This document shows positions 54,675 to 64,000 of a stretch of DNA of 64,000 nucleotides, one piece after another (the first letter of the stretch is position 1; every line of letters starts with the position of its first letter). The DNA comes from Bacteroidales bacterium (lineage in GTDB: Bacteria; Bacteroidota; Bacteroidia; Bacteroidales; UBA7960), in the NCBI GenBank assembly GCA_019429365.1, contig JAHYJD010000002.1, positions 21,347-85,346 of the forward strand. The letters run 5' to 3'. Under the pieces are notes generated by a model. That model was given only the letters and a program-made list of their open reading frames with translations. It made no database searches and was not told the DNA's origin. The position numbers and the translations under genes are program-made.

Positions 54675-54764
54675 CCAACAGGACTTGCGATTCTGGGGGC
54701 ATTTCATTCACAGGGTTTCGCTTCGCTGTACCCTGTGCTTTTACGTTACGGGACTTCGTACCTT
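54675..54764. repeat. Solo unit (long-loop type) of the structured repeat family, copy D
   Basis: CAACAGGACTTGCGATT...CACAGGGTTTCGCTTCGCTGTACCCTGTGCTTTTACGTTACGGGACTTCGTACC. Same orientation as copy C, and near-identical over the core CACAGGGTTTCGCTTCGCT...CTGTGCTTTTACGTTACGGG. Confidence 0.8.
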
Positions 54765-54774
54765 AGCCCAAAAT

Positions 54775-56889
54775 TTACCTTACCGCCGCCACATATGCGC
54801 CCTTTGTTCGCACCGGCCAAACCTCGATGCCGGCTTCCTGGCAGGCTTCTTCCCAGCGGTTCGTATTCCAGAAGGTATTGGAGGCGTCAATGATTACCTT
54901 TTGAGGCTGCAAGGCTTCAAGGGCGATTTGCGGATTTACACGCGAATTCTGACTTATAATCAGGTAATGGATTGGCATGCCAGGGTCAGGGATTTCCCGC
55001 AAAGGGGACTGATCAAGTAAGAAAAGGTTTAATTGCCCGAAGCGCAAAAAAGGGCCGCGGCGGTAAAGGTTTCCATTGACAAAGGGTTCTTCGGCTTCTG
55101 CCAGGCTGGCCGGCAGCACCGACCTGATGCCATGCTGCACCCTGTTTTCCTTCAAATGAAAATCGACCTTGCGCGGATCGTCCTGCAGGGTTTCACACAT
55201 CAAAAAAACGCTTTCCTTTCCTGAAACAAAATCGATGGCGCAGGCATTGTTCACATGATACACTACCATTTTATCGTTTCGCAGGTTCTGAATACTCCGG
55301 GCCGAAATGGAAACGCTGACCACCAGAAAAATGCCCAATGCCAGGCGAAGGGCCATGGTGCGCTGCTGCATCAAAAACAGGCTGAGAAAAATCAGCACCA
55401 TGAAGATTGCCAATGTTTCCGGGAGGTTTATAAAAACATTGCTGGAAGTGGAGTAAGGCAGCCCTTCGATAAATTTTACCGACTGGTGCAGGGCAAAAAC
55501 CACTCCAAAAAGGACTTTACCTGCAAGCATGCCCACCACGGGAATGGGCGTGAGCAAAAGGGTTGCCAATGCGGAGTAAATAATCAGACTCGCCAGCGGT
55601 ATCACAATCAGGTTGGTAAGCAGGAAATAATTGGGAAACTGGTGGAAATAAAACAGCGAAAGCGGCCCGGTGGCCAGTTGCGCAGCCAGCGAAACGGTGA
55701 GGATGGCCCAGGCCTTATCTACCAAATAATTCTTGAAAACTAACTGCCTGTAAAAGAAAGGTTGCAGGGCCACAATGCTGATCACTGCCAGGTAGGAAAG
55801 CTGGAAACCGATGCGTGTAATGATGTAAGGGTCAATGATCATGAGCAAAAACGCCGAAGCTGCCAGGGTATTGTAAATGTTGGTGGTACGCCTGAAACTT
55901 TGCCCCAGCGCCACAAAGCTGAACATGGTGCTGGCCCTGAGCACCGATGGCGAAAAACCGGTAATGGCCGCGTAAAACCAAATGAGCAGGATGACCAGAA
56001 CGGTTTGAATAATGCGCCCGCGGGGAACCTTATTCAAAAATGACAGAATAAATTTCAGCACCAGGAAAATGATGCCCACATGCAGGCCCGACACGCAAAG
56101 TATGTGCATGGCTCCTGCCCCTGCAAATTCGCGCCGCAGGTCCTCATCAAGGTATTCGCGGAAGCCCAGCAGCAGGGCCGACACCACGGCAAACTCCCGG
56201 CCGCTTAAATGGTGCTCTTCGAAGGTTTCCAGGGCTTTGTGCCGCATGGCCAGCGACCACCGTATCAGAAAGAAGCCCCGGTTCTCATCAGTTGACTGCC
56301 AATGCCCTGAAGCCCTGTATGCCTGGTGAAAAATATTGCTGTAAGAAAGGAAGCGACGGTAGTTGAACTCGCCCGGGTTTTTCGGGTCGCCCACTTCCTG
56401 AAACTGGTTTTCTATGAGCAGGTAATCGCCATAACACACCGAAGCTGCCAGGCTGTCCTTTTGCAAGTAAAGCATCAGGTGTCCGCTGACTTTTTTGGCT
56501 TCCCCATTAACCAACACCTCTTTCACGCGGGTGATGACCTGGTAGGAGTTGGCTTTTTCGGATACCGGCTCCCTTACCTTAAGAAGAAGGAAGCCCTCCT
56601 CTTCCAGAAAATGGCTGAAATGGTCGGCCCGTGCAAGCTGGTGGTTGTTTTGGGCAATATGATAGCCCGCCACCAGCAAAAATACCGCTGCCCAGGTCCC
56701 GAAAATCCAGCGCCGGGCATAATGCCCCAGAAAAAATCTGCGGCCCAGCAGCCAGAGCAACCCAAGCAAAAGGTAAACTGTCAAAAAGAAAAGTAAGGAA
56801 AAATGAGTCCTGGCCGACAGATATGCGATGATTCCGACGGTAAATGGCACAACCAACCTTGCCAGGGGGATATGGGCAAAATGATTCAT
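54775..56889 (-). CDS. comEC: ComEC/Rec2-family DNA internalisation channel protein
   Basis: 704 aa. Many TM segments, a Competence-domain-like core (GAGAMHILCVSGLHVGI), and a soluble C-terminal domain. Confidence 0.8.
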   Translation of the reverse strand: MNHFAHIPLARLVVPFTVGIIAYLSARTHFSLLFFLTVYLLLGLLWLLGRRFFLGHYARRWIFGTWAAVFLLVAGYHIAQNNHQLARADHFSHFLEEEGFLLLKVREPVSEKANSYQVITRVKEVLVNGEAKKVSGHLMLYLQKDSLAASVCYGDYLLIENQFQEVGDPKNPGEFNYRRFLSYSNIFHQAYRASGHWQSTDENRGFFLIRWSLAMRHKALETFEEHHLSGREFAVVSALLLGFREYLDEDLRREFAGAGAMHILCVSGLHVGIIFLVLKFILSFLNKVPRGRIIQTVLVILLIWFYAAITGFSPSVLRASTMFSFVALGQSFRRTTNIYNTLAASAFLLMIIDPYIITRIGFQLSYLAVISIVALQPFFYRQLVFKNYLVDKAWAILTVSLAAQLATGPLSLFYFHQFPNYFLLTNLIVIPLASLIIYSALATLLLTPIPVVGMLAGKVLFGVVFALHQSVKFIEGLPYSTSSNVFINLPETLAIFMVLIFLSLFLMQQRTMALRLALGIFLVVSVSISARSIQNLRNDKMVVYHVNNACAIDFVSGKESVFLMCETLQDDPRKVDFHLKENRVQHGIRSVLPASLAEAEEPFVNGNLYRRGPFLRFGQLNLFLLDQSPLREIPDPGMPIHYLIISQNSRVNPQIALEALQPQKVIIDASNTFWNTNRWEEACQEAGIEVWPVRTKGAYVAAVR

Positions 56890-56951
56890 GGCACCGTATA
56901 AAAATACGATGTTTTTTGTCCGAAGTCAAGTTTTTTACCTTCGGGTTACCC

Positions 56952-58073
56952 TTAATTTGTCGTAAGAAATTTTACTAATATTTCTGCGGCTTTCCGGCTT
57001 GCTCCTGCCCCACCCAGCTTTTGCCGCAACTCCTGGTAACCTGCTTTTACATTCTCCACATATTCCTGATCGTGCAGCAGGCGCTGCAATTCCTTTTTCA
57101 GGTCGGCACTGTTAAAGTCATACTGTATCATTTCGCGCACCAGGGGGCGGTCCATGATCAGGTTTACCAGCGAAATGTATTTGACCTTAACCAGTCTTTT
57201 GGCGATCAGGTATGAGACCCTTCCTGCCCGGTAGCAAACGGCCTGGGGCACGCCAAAAAGGGCGGTTTCAAGGGTGGCGGTGCCTGAAGTGACCAGTGCG
57301 GCTTGGGCATGCGCCAGCAGGCGATAGGTCTGCCCGAAAACCAGCCTGACATCAGCGTCTTTTATAAGCGCCTGGTAGTATTCGGCAGGATGGCCCTTTA
57401 CCCCAGCCACCACAAACTGGTGGTCAGGAAACGAATCGACCACCGATGCCATCACCTTCAGGGTGGCGGCCAGCTCCTGCTTGCGGCTGCCCGGCAGCAA
57501 TGCCACAATGGGCTTATCCGCAAGCCCGTTATCCGAAAGGAAAACTTCCCTCGAATCACCCTCCTGATACTCACCTATGGCATCGAGCAAGGGATGACCG
57601 GGAAATTCCACCTCCACGCCAAAGCGGCTGTAAAATTCCTGTTCAAAGGGCAGTATCACCAGCATTTTGTCCACATCGCGTCGGATCTGCTTCACGCGCG
57701 ACTGCTTCCAAGCCCAAATCTGGGGCGATATGTAATACACCACCTTCATGCCCTGCTTTTTGGCAAACCCGGCCATGCGCAGGTTAAATCCCGGATAATC
57801 GATGAGTACGAGCACATCGGGTTTCCATTCGAGCAGGTCTTTCTTGCAAAGTTTGATGTTGCGGAGAATGGTGCGAAGGTTGATCAGCACTTCCCAGAAA
57901 CCCATGAATGCCAGTTCGTTGATGTGTTTCACCAGCTGCCCCCCCTGCGCCAGCATGCGGTCGCCGCCCCATATGCGAAAAGCCGCCCCGGCATCCTGCC
58001 GTTTCAGCTCCCTCATCAGGTTGCTGCCGTGCAGGTCGCCCGAAGCTTCGCCGGCAATAATGTAATACTTCAT
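56952..58073 (-). CDS. lpxB: Lipid-A-disaccharide synthase LpxB
   Basis: 373 aa. N-terminal MKYYIIAGEASGDLHGSNL is characteristic of LpxB. Confidence 0.9.
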   Translation of the reverse strand: MKYYIIAGEASGDLHGSNLMRELKRQDAGAAFRIWGGDRMLAQGGQLVKHINELAFMGFWEVLINLRTILRNIKLCKKDLLEWKPDVLVLIDYPGFNLRMAGFAKKQGMKVVYYISPQIWAWKQSRVKQIRRDVDKMLVILPFEQEFYSRFGVEVEFPGHPLLDAIGEYQEGDSREVFLSDNGLADKPIVALLPGSRKQELAATLKVMASVVDSFPDHQFVVAGVKGHPAEYYQALIKDADVRLVFGQTYRLLAHAQAALVTSGTATLETALFGVPQAVCYRAGRVSYLIAKRLVKVKYISLVNLIMDRPLVREMIQYDFNSADLKKELQRLLHDQEYVENVKAGYQELRQKLGGAGASRKAAEILVKFLTTN

Positions 58074-58091
58074 GGGCCTGCTTGTAGAATA

Positions 58092-58364
58092 TTACAATAG
58101 GATAAAGTTGGCCAGGAACAAGACAAAAGCAGCAACCAGGATACCGCGTCCGGTTTTGTCGAACTTCAGGCTAAGCATGTAATACCTGAACGCAATAATA
58201 CTGGCTGCCAGTCCAATGAGTCCCGGAACCTGAGGTTTGGGCGTATATACCAGTCCTTCCACATTTCCCCAGAAGCCCAGTATCAGTATGGCAAGTGCAT
58301 AAACCAGCACAGGAAGGCCTGCGCCGATAAGAATCCCAAGGGTCCAGCTGTCTTTTTTAAACAT
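58092..58364 (-). CDS. Small hypothetical membrane protein
   Basis: ATG 58364 (MFKKDSWTLGILIGAGLPVLVYALAIL...), 90 aa, 3 TM segments. 8-nt overlap with the surE stop. The longer track start (58463) would lie inside surE. Confidence 0.5.
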   Translation of the reverse strand: MFKKDSWTLGILIGAGLPVLVYALAILILGFWGNVEGLVYTPKPQVPGLIGLAASIIAFRYYMLSLKFDKTGRGILVAAFVLFLANFILL

Positions 58365-59127
58365 CGAATTTCCAGGTTTTAATTTCGGGTATAATTTGAT
58401 GGGCAGTAAAGTCGAACTGTATGGGAACCAGCGACACGTATTTATTGGCCAGGGCCCACTCATCGGTTTCGTTGCTGTTTTCGAAGAGCTGAAAATGGCC
58501 GGTCAGCCAGAAATAGTCTCGTCCGCGGGGGTCCTTGCGGTGGTCGAATTCCTCGTTCCAGTTGGCATTGGCTTGTCGGCAAACGCGGATGCCCTTAATG
58601 TCCTTTTCGGGAACGGCGGGAATGTTCACGTTGAGGCAAATACCTGCCGGAAGTCCGTTTTTCAGCACATTGCGGGCAATCTCCTGCAAAAACTTCTTCG
58701 AAGGCATGAAGTCGGCGTCGAACTTATAATCGAGCAGGGAAAAGCCGATGGAAGGAATGCCTTCCATGGCGCCCTCGATGGCAGCTGACATGGTGCCGCT
58801 GTAAATCACGTTGATCGATGAGTTGGAGCCGTGGTTGATGCCCGACACCAGCAGGTCGGGCTTGCGGTGCAGCACCTTGTTCACGGCCAGTTTCACGCAG
58901 TCTACCGGGGTGCCGCTACAGCTGAATTCTTTATGATCGCCATCCACGCTGATTTTTTCAAGGCGCAGCGGGCTTTCAATGGTTACGGCATGACCCATGG
59001 CGCTCTGGGGCTTGTCGGGCGCCACCACTACCACATCGCCCAGCTCAAGCATAAAATGAACCAAATGGCGGATTCCGGGAGCCATTATGCCATCGTCGTT
59101 GGTAACAAGAATTACGGGTTTTCGCAT
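58357..59127 (-). CDS. surE: 5'/3'-nucleotidase SurE
   Basis: 256 aa. N-terminal ILVTNDDGIMAPGI motif. Confidence 0.9.
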   Translation of the reverse strand: MRKPVILVTNDDGIMAPGIRHLVHFMLELGDVVVVAPDKPQSAMGHAVTIESPLRLEKISVDGDHKEFSCSGTPVDCVKLAVNKVLHRKPDLLVSGINHGSNSSINVIYSGTMSAAIEGAMEGIPSIGFSLLDYKFDADFMPSKKFLQEIARNVLKNGLPAGICLNVNIPAVPEKDIKGIRVCRQANANWNEEFDHRKDPRGRDYFWLTGHFQLFENSNETDEWALANKYVSLVPIQFDFTAHQIIPEIKTWKFDV

Positions 59128-59319
59128 TTTTCAAAATTTCTTACACAAAGCTATTAAGATTTCGGCGGATTGCAAGCCCAAAAATTACCCGGAAGGAAGA
59201 CCGCACAGGGCTTAACTTTTTTTAACGCCGGCCAAAATGTCACTTTTTATAGCTTGGATTGCTTTTTGACTAATTTTGTTCTACAAATTTCTGACATTAA
59301 CAATTTAAAAACCATAGGA

Positions 59320-59997
59320 ATGGCTGGAATATATGTTATTTTCATTGTTTTCATGATCCTGAGCTGGCTGGTATCCAACCAGTTGAAGAGGCGCTTTGAC
59401 AAATACTCAAAAATCGGGCTTCGCTCTGGACTTTCGGGCCGTGAGATAGCCGAAAAGATGCTCCGCGAAAGCGGTGTAGAAGGCGTGCGGGTGATCTCTA
59501 CTCCCGGTCGCCTTACCGACCACTACAACCCCATGGACAAAACGGTAAACCTGAGCCCCGAGGTATTCGATGGCCGCAGTGTTGCCGCCGCCGCGGTGTC
59601 CGCCCACGAATGCGGGCACGCTGTGCAGCATGCCAGGGCATACGCCTTCCTGAAAATGCGCTCGGCACTGGTGCCCGTTATCAGCGTCAGCTCAAAATAC
59701 ATGCAGTGGGTGCTGCTGGCAGGTATACTGCTGGTGGAAACATTTCCCGGCGTGTTGCTGGCAGGTATAGTAATGTTTGCCGCCACCACACTGTTCAGCT
59801 TCGTTACCCTTCCGGTTGAGTTCGATGCCACCAAAAGAGCACTGGTGTGGCTCGACGACTCTGGCTTGACCTCGGGCCAGGAACACAGCAACGCCAAAGA
59901 CGCACTGAAATGGGCCGCACTCACTTATGTAGTGGCTGCACTGGCTTCACTGGCCACACTGCTTTATTACATTATGATATTTTTAAGAAGAAGGTAA
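59320..59997 (+). CDS. Membrane zinc metallopeptidase (YugP/Zn_peptidase_2-like)
   Basis: ATG 59320 (MAGIYVIFIVFMILSW). HECGHAVQH zinc motif. TM segments at both ends. Confidence 0.8.
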   Translation: MAGIYVIFIVFMILSWLVSNQLKRRFDKYSKIGLRSGLSGREIAEKMLRESGVEGVRVISTPGRLTDHYNPMDKTVNLSPEVFDGRSVAAAAVSAHECGHAVQHARAYAFLKMRSALVPVISVSSKYMQWVLLAGILLVETFPGVLLAGIVMFAATTLFSFVTLPVEFDATKRALVWLDDSGLTSGQEHSNAKDALKWAALTYVVAALASLATLLYYIMIFLRRR

Positions 59998-60022
59998 TCT
60001 CTGGAAAATGATCTTTTAAAAG

Positions 60023-60052
60023 CGCCTCCGGTTTTTCCGGGGGCGTTTTTTT
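60023..60052 (+). terminator. Intrinsic terminator after the Zn-peptidase gene
   Basis: Stem CGCCTCCGG/CCGGGGGCG (one G-U pair), loop TTTTT, then TTTTTTT (60046-52). Confidence 0.75.
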
Positions 60053-60132
60053 GCTTAAAAAGCAGCCAGTTTTTCTTAAACGGCTTATCACATTTAAGGC
60101 AACATAAATATAAAACTGGAAGTACTGGATTA

Positions 60133-60729
60133 TCAGCCCCCAATCAGCGTTTTCAGCTCTGTAAACACCCTTTCCACAGGTAGCCCAACTACATTGGGGT
60201 ATGAGCCTTCTATGTGGTGTATGCCCACATGGCCGATCCACTCCTGTATGCCATAGGCGCCGGCTTTGTCGAAGGGCTGGTAATGGGTCACATAATACTG
60301 CATTTCTTCCTCGCTCAGATCTTTGAAAAAGACCGTTGTGGTTTCGTAAAATTGCCGGATGTTTTTTTTGTGGCGGATACAAACACCAGTAATGACCTCA
60401 TGGGCTTTGCCCGAAAGGCTTCGAAGCATTTCAACGGCATGGTCATGGTCGCCGGGCTTGTTTATGATTTTGCCATCCACCACCACAATGGTATCGGCGG
60501 TAATTACCACAACGCGCTCGTCATTAAGTTCATCGGCGAAAGCATGGGCTTTTTGGCGGGCCAGCATCATGGCCACTTCATGGGGTGGCAGATTTTTGGG
60601 GAATGCTTCATCGGTAGGTTTAACGAGAACCCGGAAGGGGATACCGGTCTGTGCAAGCAACTCACGTCGCCGGGGAGATTGAGAGGCAAGAATAATGTCG
60701 TATGATTGCAGGGTCTCGAAAAATTTCAT
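60133..60729 (-). CDS. maf: Maf-family nucleoside triphosphate pyrophosphatase
   Basis: 198 aa. ILASQSPRRRELL and AGAYGIQE motifs. Confidence 0.9.
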   Translation of the reverse strand: MKFFETLQSYDIILASQSPRRRELLAQTGIPFRVLVKPTDEAFPKNLPPHEVAMMLARQKAHAFADELNDERVVVITADTIVVVDGKIINKPGDHDHAVEMLRSLSGKAHEVITGVCIRHKKNIRQFYETTTVFFKDLSEEEMQYYVTHYQPFDKAGAYGIQEWIGHVGIHHIEGSYPNVVGLPVERVFTELKTLIGG

Positions 60730-61691
60730 TAACCAACGATATAGAATTTTTGGATAATCATTGAAAGCACACCCGCCAGCATAATGAGCTTTACCACTTG
60801 CTGAATGGTGGCAAAGTCCATTGGACCCAAGGCCTTACTTACATGCAGCAGCACCAGTAGCAGGGGAACAATCACCACCAGCACAAAATAGCCAATGAGT
60901 GTATAATGACCTTGCGTGCCCAGAGAGAAGAGATAGGCGCCAACAAGCAGTAACATAATTACCATCAGGCCCATTACCACCTTGCGCGTGGTTTCGAGGC
61001 CAGCCACAATGGCCATTGACCGGCAACCGGTTTTTTTGTCGCCCACATAATCCTGCATGTCTTTTACAATTTCGCGAATCAGGGTGGTGATAAAAGCAAA
61101 AAAAGCATAGAGCCACGCATAAAAACTTACTTTCATTAGTTCAGGCCCCACGGTAAAATGCAGGCTAGCGGCCCGGTATTCGACCAGCCATACCAGGCCA
61201 ACCACCATTGCCGAAAGCACTGCTACGGTGATATTTCCAGTAAGGAAACTGCGCTTAAACCTAATGCTGTAAAGCCACAGCACCATTGGCACGGTGGCAA
61301 ATACCAGGGCAAGCGGCCAATAACGGATTTGCCACGAAATGTACACGCCTATCAATACGCCTGCCGTGTTGAGAATCCAGTGCCACAGGATGGCGGTACG
61401 CCGGCTTATGAGACGACCAATAATCACTTTTTCGGGCTTGTTGATGCGGTCGATGCGCAGGTCGAAATAGTCGTTTATGGCGTAACCAGCCGCGCTCACA
61501 AGCACCGTAGCCAGCACCAGCAAAAAAAAATCGGTGGATGAAAGCGGCAGTGAAAATCCATGTGCCCTGAATACCGGCAAAATGATGAAATATCTGAAAA
61601 GGTACTGGGTTAAGGCAACCATTATCAGATTATACCAGCGCACCAAGCTAAGAAAAGCCCCGAATTTTTCCATCATCCCCCCTTTTTCCAT
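60729..61691 (-). CDS. UbiA-family prenyltransferase
   Basis: 320 aa, about 8-9 TM segments. Asp-rich motif NDYFDLRIDRIN (NxxxDxxxD). Substrate unknown. Confidence 0.75.
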   Translation of the reverse strand: MEKGGMMEKFGAFLSLVRWYNLIMVALTQYLFRYFIILPVFRAHGFSLPLSSTDFFLLVLATVLVSAAGYAINDYFDLRIDRINKPEKVIIGRLISRRTAILWHWILNTAGVLIGVYISWQIRYWPLALVFATVPMVLWLYSIRFKRSFLTGNITVAVLSAMVVGLVWLVEYRAASLHFTVGPELMKVSFYAWLYAFFAFITTLIREIVKDMQDYVGDKKTGCRSMAIVAGLETTRKVVMGLMVIMLLLVGAYLFSLGTQGHYTLIGYFVLVVIVPLLLVLLHVSKALGPMDFATIQQVVKLIMLAGVLSMIIQKFYIVG

Positions 61692-61699
61692 CAGAATTT

Positions 61700-62221
61700 T
61701 TACCAGTGGAAGCCGTCGTCGTTAAACCATGTGCCATGAATCTTCATAACCTGCTCAATGACGTCGCGCACGCAACCTTCGCCGCCTTTAAATGCAGATA
61801 TATATTTGGAAATGCTTTTTATCTCCTCGACAGCATCGGATGGGCAGGCCGGCACACCCACCATTTTCATCACCTCGTAATCGGGAATATCGTCGCCCAT
61901 ATAAAGAATGTTCTCGGGCTGCAATTTTCTTTTTTCAACGTATTTTTTAAACACTTCAAGCTTATTGCTCACTCCCAGAAAGATATCTTCTATTCCCAGA
62001 ATGGCAAAGCGCGCCCTTACCGCTTTGCAGTTTCCGCCCGATATGATCATGATTTGATACCCTTTGCGGACGGCAAGCTGCAGGGCATAACCATCTTTTA
62101 CATGCATGCTTCTCAGCATTTCATTGTCGAGGGTAAGCAGCACTGTGCCGCTGGTCATTACCCCATCCACGTCAAACACGAATGTTTTGACCGAAGAAAG
62201 CAGTTGTTTGTAGTTTGTCAT
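61700..62221 (-). CDS. kdsC: KDO 8-phosphate phosphatase KdsC (HAD-IIIA)
   Basis: 173 aa. FVFDVDGVMT HAD motif I and MGDDIPD motif. Confidence 0.85.
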   Translation of the reverse strand: MTNYKQLLSSVKTFVFDVDGVMTSGTVLLTLDNEMLRSMHVKDGYALQLAVRKGYQIMIISGGNCKAVRARFAILGIEDIFLGVSNKLEVFKKYVEKRKLQPENILYMGDDIPDYEVMKMVGVPACPSDAVEEIKSISKYISAFKGGEGCVRDVIEQVMKIHGTWFNDDGFHW

Positions 62222-62338
62222 AAAGCAAGGCGGATAAAAGTATTTAAATTAATCAAATGTCGGCAATAAAATTAAAACAATTTAATGATTTGCCCCCCGT
62301 ATTTCCACTTAGTAGAAATGCGCAATCAAACACAATAG

Positions 62339-64000
62339 TTACTCTTTGCCTTCGCGATGCTTCCATCGATGCCTGAACGCAATGAAGAAACCAACCAGCA
62401 TTACCAGGCTACTGATCCACAGCAGGTTAATAAAGGGGAAGATCACTGTTTTGATGATGATAAAGTCGGGCCTTACCTCAATAATTTCCAAAACAATGGT
62501 CATGGGCTTTTCGCTCACTTCCCTGAAACGGAACCTGAGGTCAAGGTCGCGTACCTCCGCATCTTCATAAAGCATAGTGCCTTGTCTTACCGTAAATACT
62601 GGGTTCAGCTCGTAACGCTCGCCGGTTTGAGTAATCAAATCCATATTGGCAGTAATGGAAATATTTGACGGGTCGACCACCCCACCGGGAACATCTATGC
62701 CTTTCAGCACGAGCCGGTGACTTAAAATACTGATGGTGTCGTTAATGGCAATTTCCACTTCGTCCAACAAGGTCTGTTCGGAATGCTCGTGGCCATCCAC
62801 GGGCAAGTCGGCAAAAGTTACGTAGGTAAAAATGTCGCGAAGCAGATATACTTTGGCAAAGGGCTCATACACATTGCCCATACGCTCGTTAAGTTGCACC
62901 GATGGGTAAGAGCTGAACGATTTAAAAAACTCACCTTCCTTGTTTTTCTTTAAAAAATCGACCTGGTAAACAATATGGTTGCCGGTTCTTTCCTTGCCCA
63001 CGTATGTTACATGAAATTCACCCATAGGCAGCACTTCGCCCTGAATAAGCAGGAGGTTTTCGTTGGCCGGGAAATTGGCACCCAAATCGAAACCCGAAGT
63101 ATTTTGAGAAATGGTGTCCTTTTTTGAGAAAGTGAGCATAACAGCAAGCAGAAAGAGGGCAACCCCCAGGTGACTTATCACAGCTCCGTTGGTGGCATAT
63201 TGCCTGTAAAACCGAAGCACCAGGTCGAGGGCCGAAAAGAAGGCAAACAAAGCGGCAAATATATACAAAACAAATGCCGGCACGTTGATTTTATAAAACA
63301 CCACCATTAGAATGGTTGCCACTGCGGCAAGCACCAGCGAAAGCACCATGGCCCTCAGGAATTTCTTCATGTCGTTTTGACCCCATTTGATAAAATGGGT
63401 TACCCCGATAAGCAGTGCCATGGCAATAGCAAAGGGCAACTGCCAGTTGTTGTAATGTGCTACCACATCGACCGGAGGAGCAAGGTTAGATCCAAAGATG
63501 CTGTTGAAAACCGGTATGGACGTTGTGAAAATGATCTGAAAAGCCGACAGCACCAGCACCAGCGCACCGATAAAAAGCCAGAACTCGCGTGTAAAAGGCT
63601 CCTCGCTTTCCTTGGCGGGAAGTTTATGATAATTTTTTGCCAGAAGTATGATGCCTGCCACCAGGAAGGTAAAGATATAAATCAAAATTTGCCGGCCCAT
63701 GCCATCGTTTCCGAACGAATGAACTGAAGTGCCCGAGAGCACGCCACTTCGGGTGAGGAAAGTGGAGTAGATGACCAGGACAAAGGCGAGGATGGTAAAC
63801 AAAAAGGTGGGGAAATAGGTGTTTCTCTTTTTTGAGGAAACCAGCATGGTATGCAAAGCGGCCACCAGCACCAGCCATGGCACCAGCGAGGCATTTTCCA
63901 CGGGGTCCCAGGCCCAAAAGCCTCCGAAGGTAAGCGACTCATATGCCCAAACGCCTCCCAGCAGCAAGCCGGCCCCCAAAAACAACACACCCAGCAGGGT
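62339..64000 (-). CDS. Cytochrome c biogenesis heme-handling protein (CcsA/CcmF family), 5' end outside the window
   Basis: The open frame reaches the window edge. WWD-type motif GGFWAWDPVENASLVPW, many TM segments, a large periplasmic C-terminal region and a final TM segment. Confidence 0.8.
   Translation of the reverse strand, partial: TLLGVLFLGAGLLLGGVWAYESLTFGGFWAWDPVENASLVPWLVLVAALHTMLVSSKKRNTYFPTFLFTILAFVLVIYSTFLTRSGVLSGTSVHSFGNDGMGRQILIYIFTFLVAGIILLAKNYHKLPAKESEEPFTREFWLFIGALVLVLSAFQIIFTTSIPVFNSIFGSNLAPPVDVVAHYNNWQLPFAIAMALLIGVTHFIKWGQNDMKKFLRAMVLSLVLAAVATILMVVFYKINVPAFVLYIFAALFAFFSALDLVLRFYRQYATNGAVISHLGVALFLLAVMLTFSKKDTISQNTSGFDLGANFPANENLLLIQGEVLPMGEFHVTYVGKERTGNHIVYQVDFLKKNKEGEFFKSFSSYPSVQLNERMGNVYEPFAKVYLLRDIFTYVTFADLPVDGHEHSEQTLLDEVEIAINDTISILSHRLVLKGIDVPGGVVDPSNISITANMDLITQTGERYELNPVFTVRQGTMLYEDAEVRDLDLRFRFREVSEKPMTIVLEIIEVRPDFIIIKTVIFPFINLLWISSLVMLVGFFIAFRHRWKHREGKE

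Noticed and set aside
49048-54764. Integrase, transposase, tRNA attachment site or conjugation genes that would define the island as a classical mobile element.
   Set aside because: None of the ORFs in or next to the island resembles such proteins, and no tRNA-like sequence was seen. The island is therefore described only by its composition and flanking repeats.

Overview
All calls come from reading the sequence, the ORF track and remembered family motifs; no database search was run. The window looks like a chromosomal segment of a Bacteroidota-type anaerobe or facultative anaerobe. Supporting signs are lipoprotein and signal peptides, a TonB-receptor/DUF4249 pair, surE-lpxB synteny and TAnnTTTG-type promoter boxes.

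Gene content, left to right:
- 1-6384 (-): a membrane-bound group-4 [NiFe]-hydrogenase operon preceded by AsrA/AsrB-like flavo-FeS genes.
- 6487-7194 (-): a Crp/Fnr regulator.
- 7373-13234 (+): a complete hypFCDEAB maturation cluster, followed by a His-rich Ni/Co-type transporter.
- 14.1-20.4 kb: truA, an AI-2E transporter, an amidase and a GH2 beta-mannosidase.
- 20.5-27.2 kb (-): a CusA/CzcA-type RND metal-efflux operon with two small His- or Cys-rich proteins.
- 27.3-32.7 kb: Dcp, an NSS transporter and an M28 peptidase.
- 33.3-35.8 kb: an AT-rich block with a lipoprotein and a membrane-anchored LuxR-type regulator.
- 35.8-40.6 kb: dmsABC-mobA.
- 40.6-49.0 kb: a HigBA module, an M15 peptidase, arfB, an S9 peptidase, recA, rsmG, a LysM-glucosaminidase and a split LysO.
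- 49.1-54.7 kb: an AT-rich four-gene outer-membrane island.
- 54.8-64.0 kb: comEC, lpxB, surE, a Zn-peptidase, maf, a UbiA prenyltransferase, kdsC and a truncated CcsA/CcmF-type cytochrome c biogenesis gene.

I saw no rRNA, tRNA, CRISPR array, integrase or transposase.

Most noteworthy observations:
- A highly structured, BIME/MITE-like repeat family occurs at four loci. Two same-orientation solo units sit exactly at the edges of the AT-rich island.
- An (AC)10 tract lies just behind a canonical Bacteroidetes promoter at the head of that island.
- Three unusual tandem or low-complexity arrays are threaded through the dms operon.
- The hydrogenase has an unusual gene architecture.

Nothing here is proven novel. 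Each claim is listed with how to test it.
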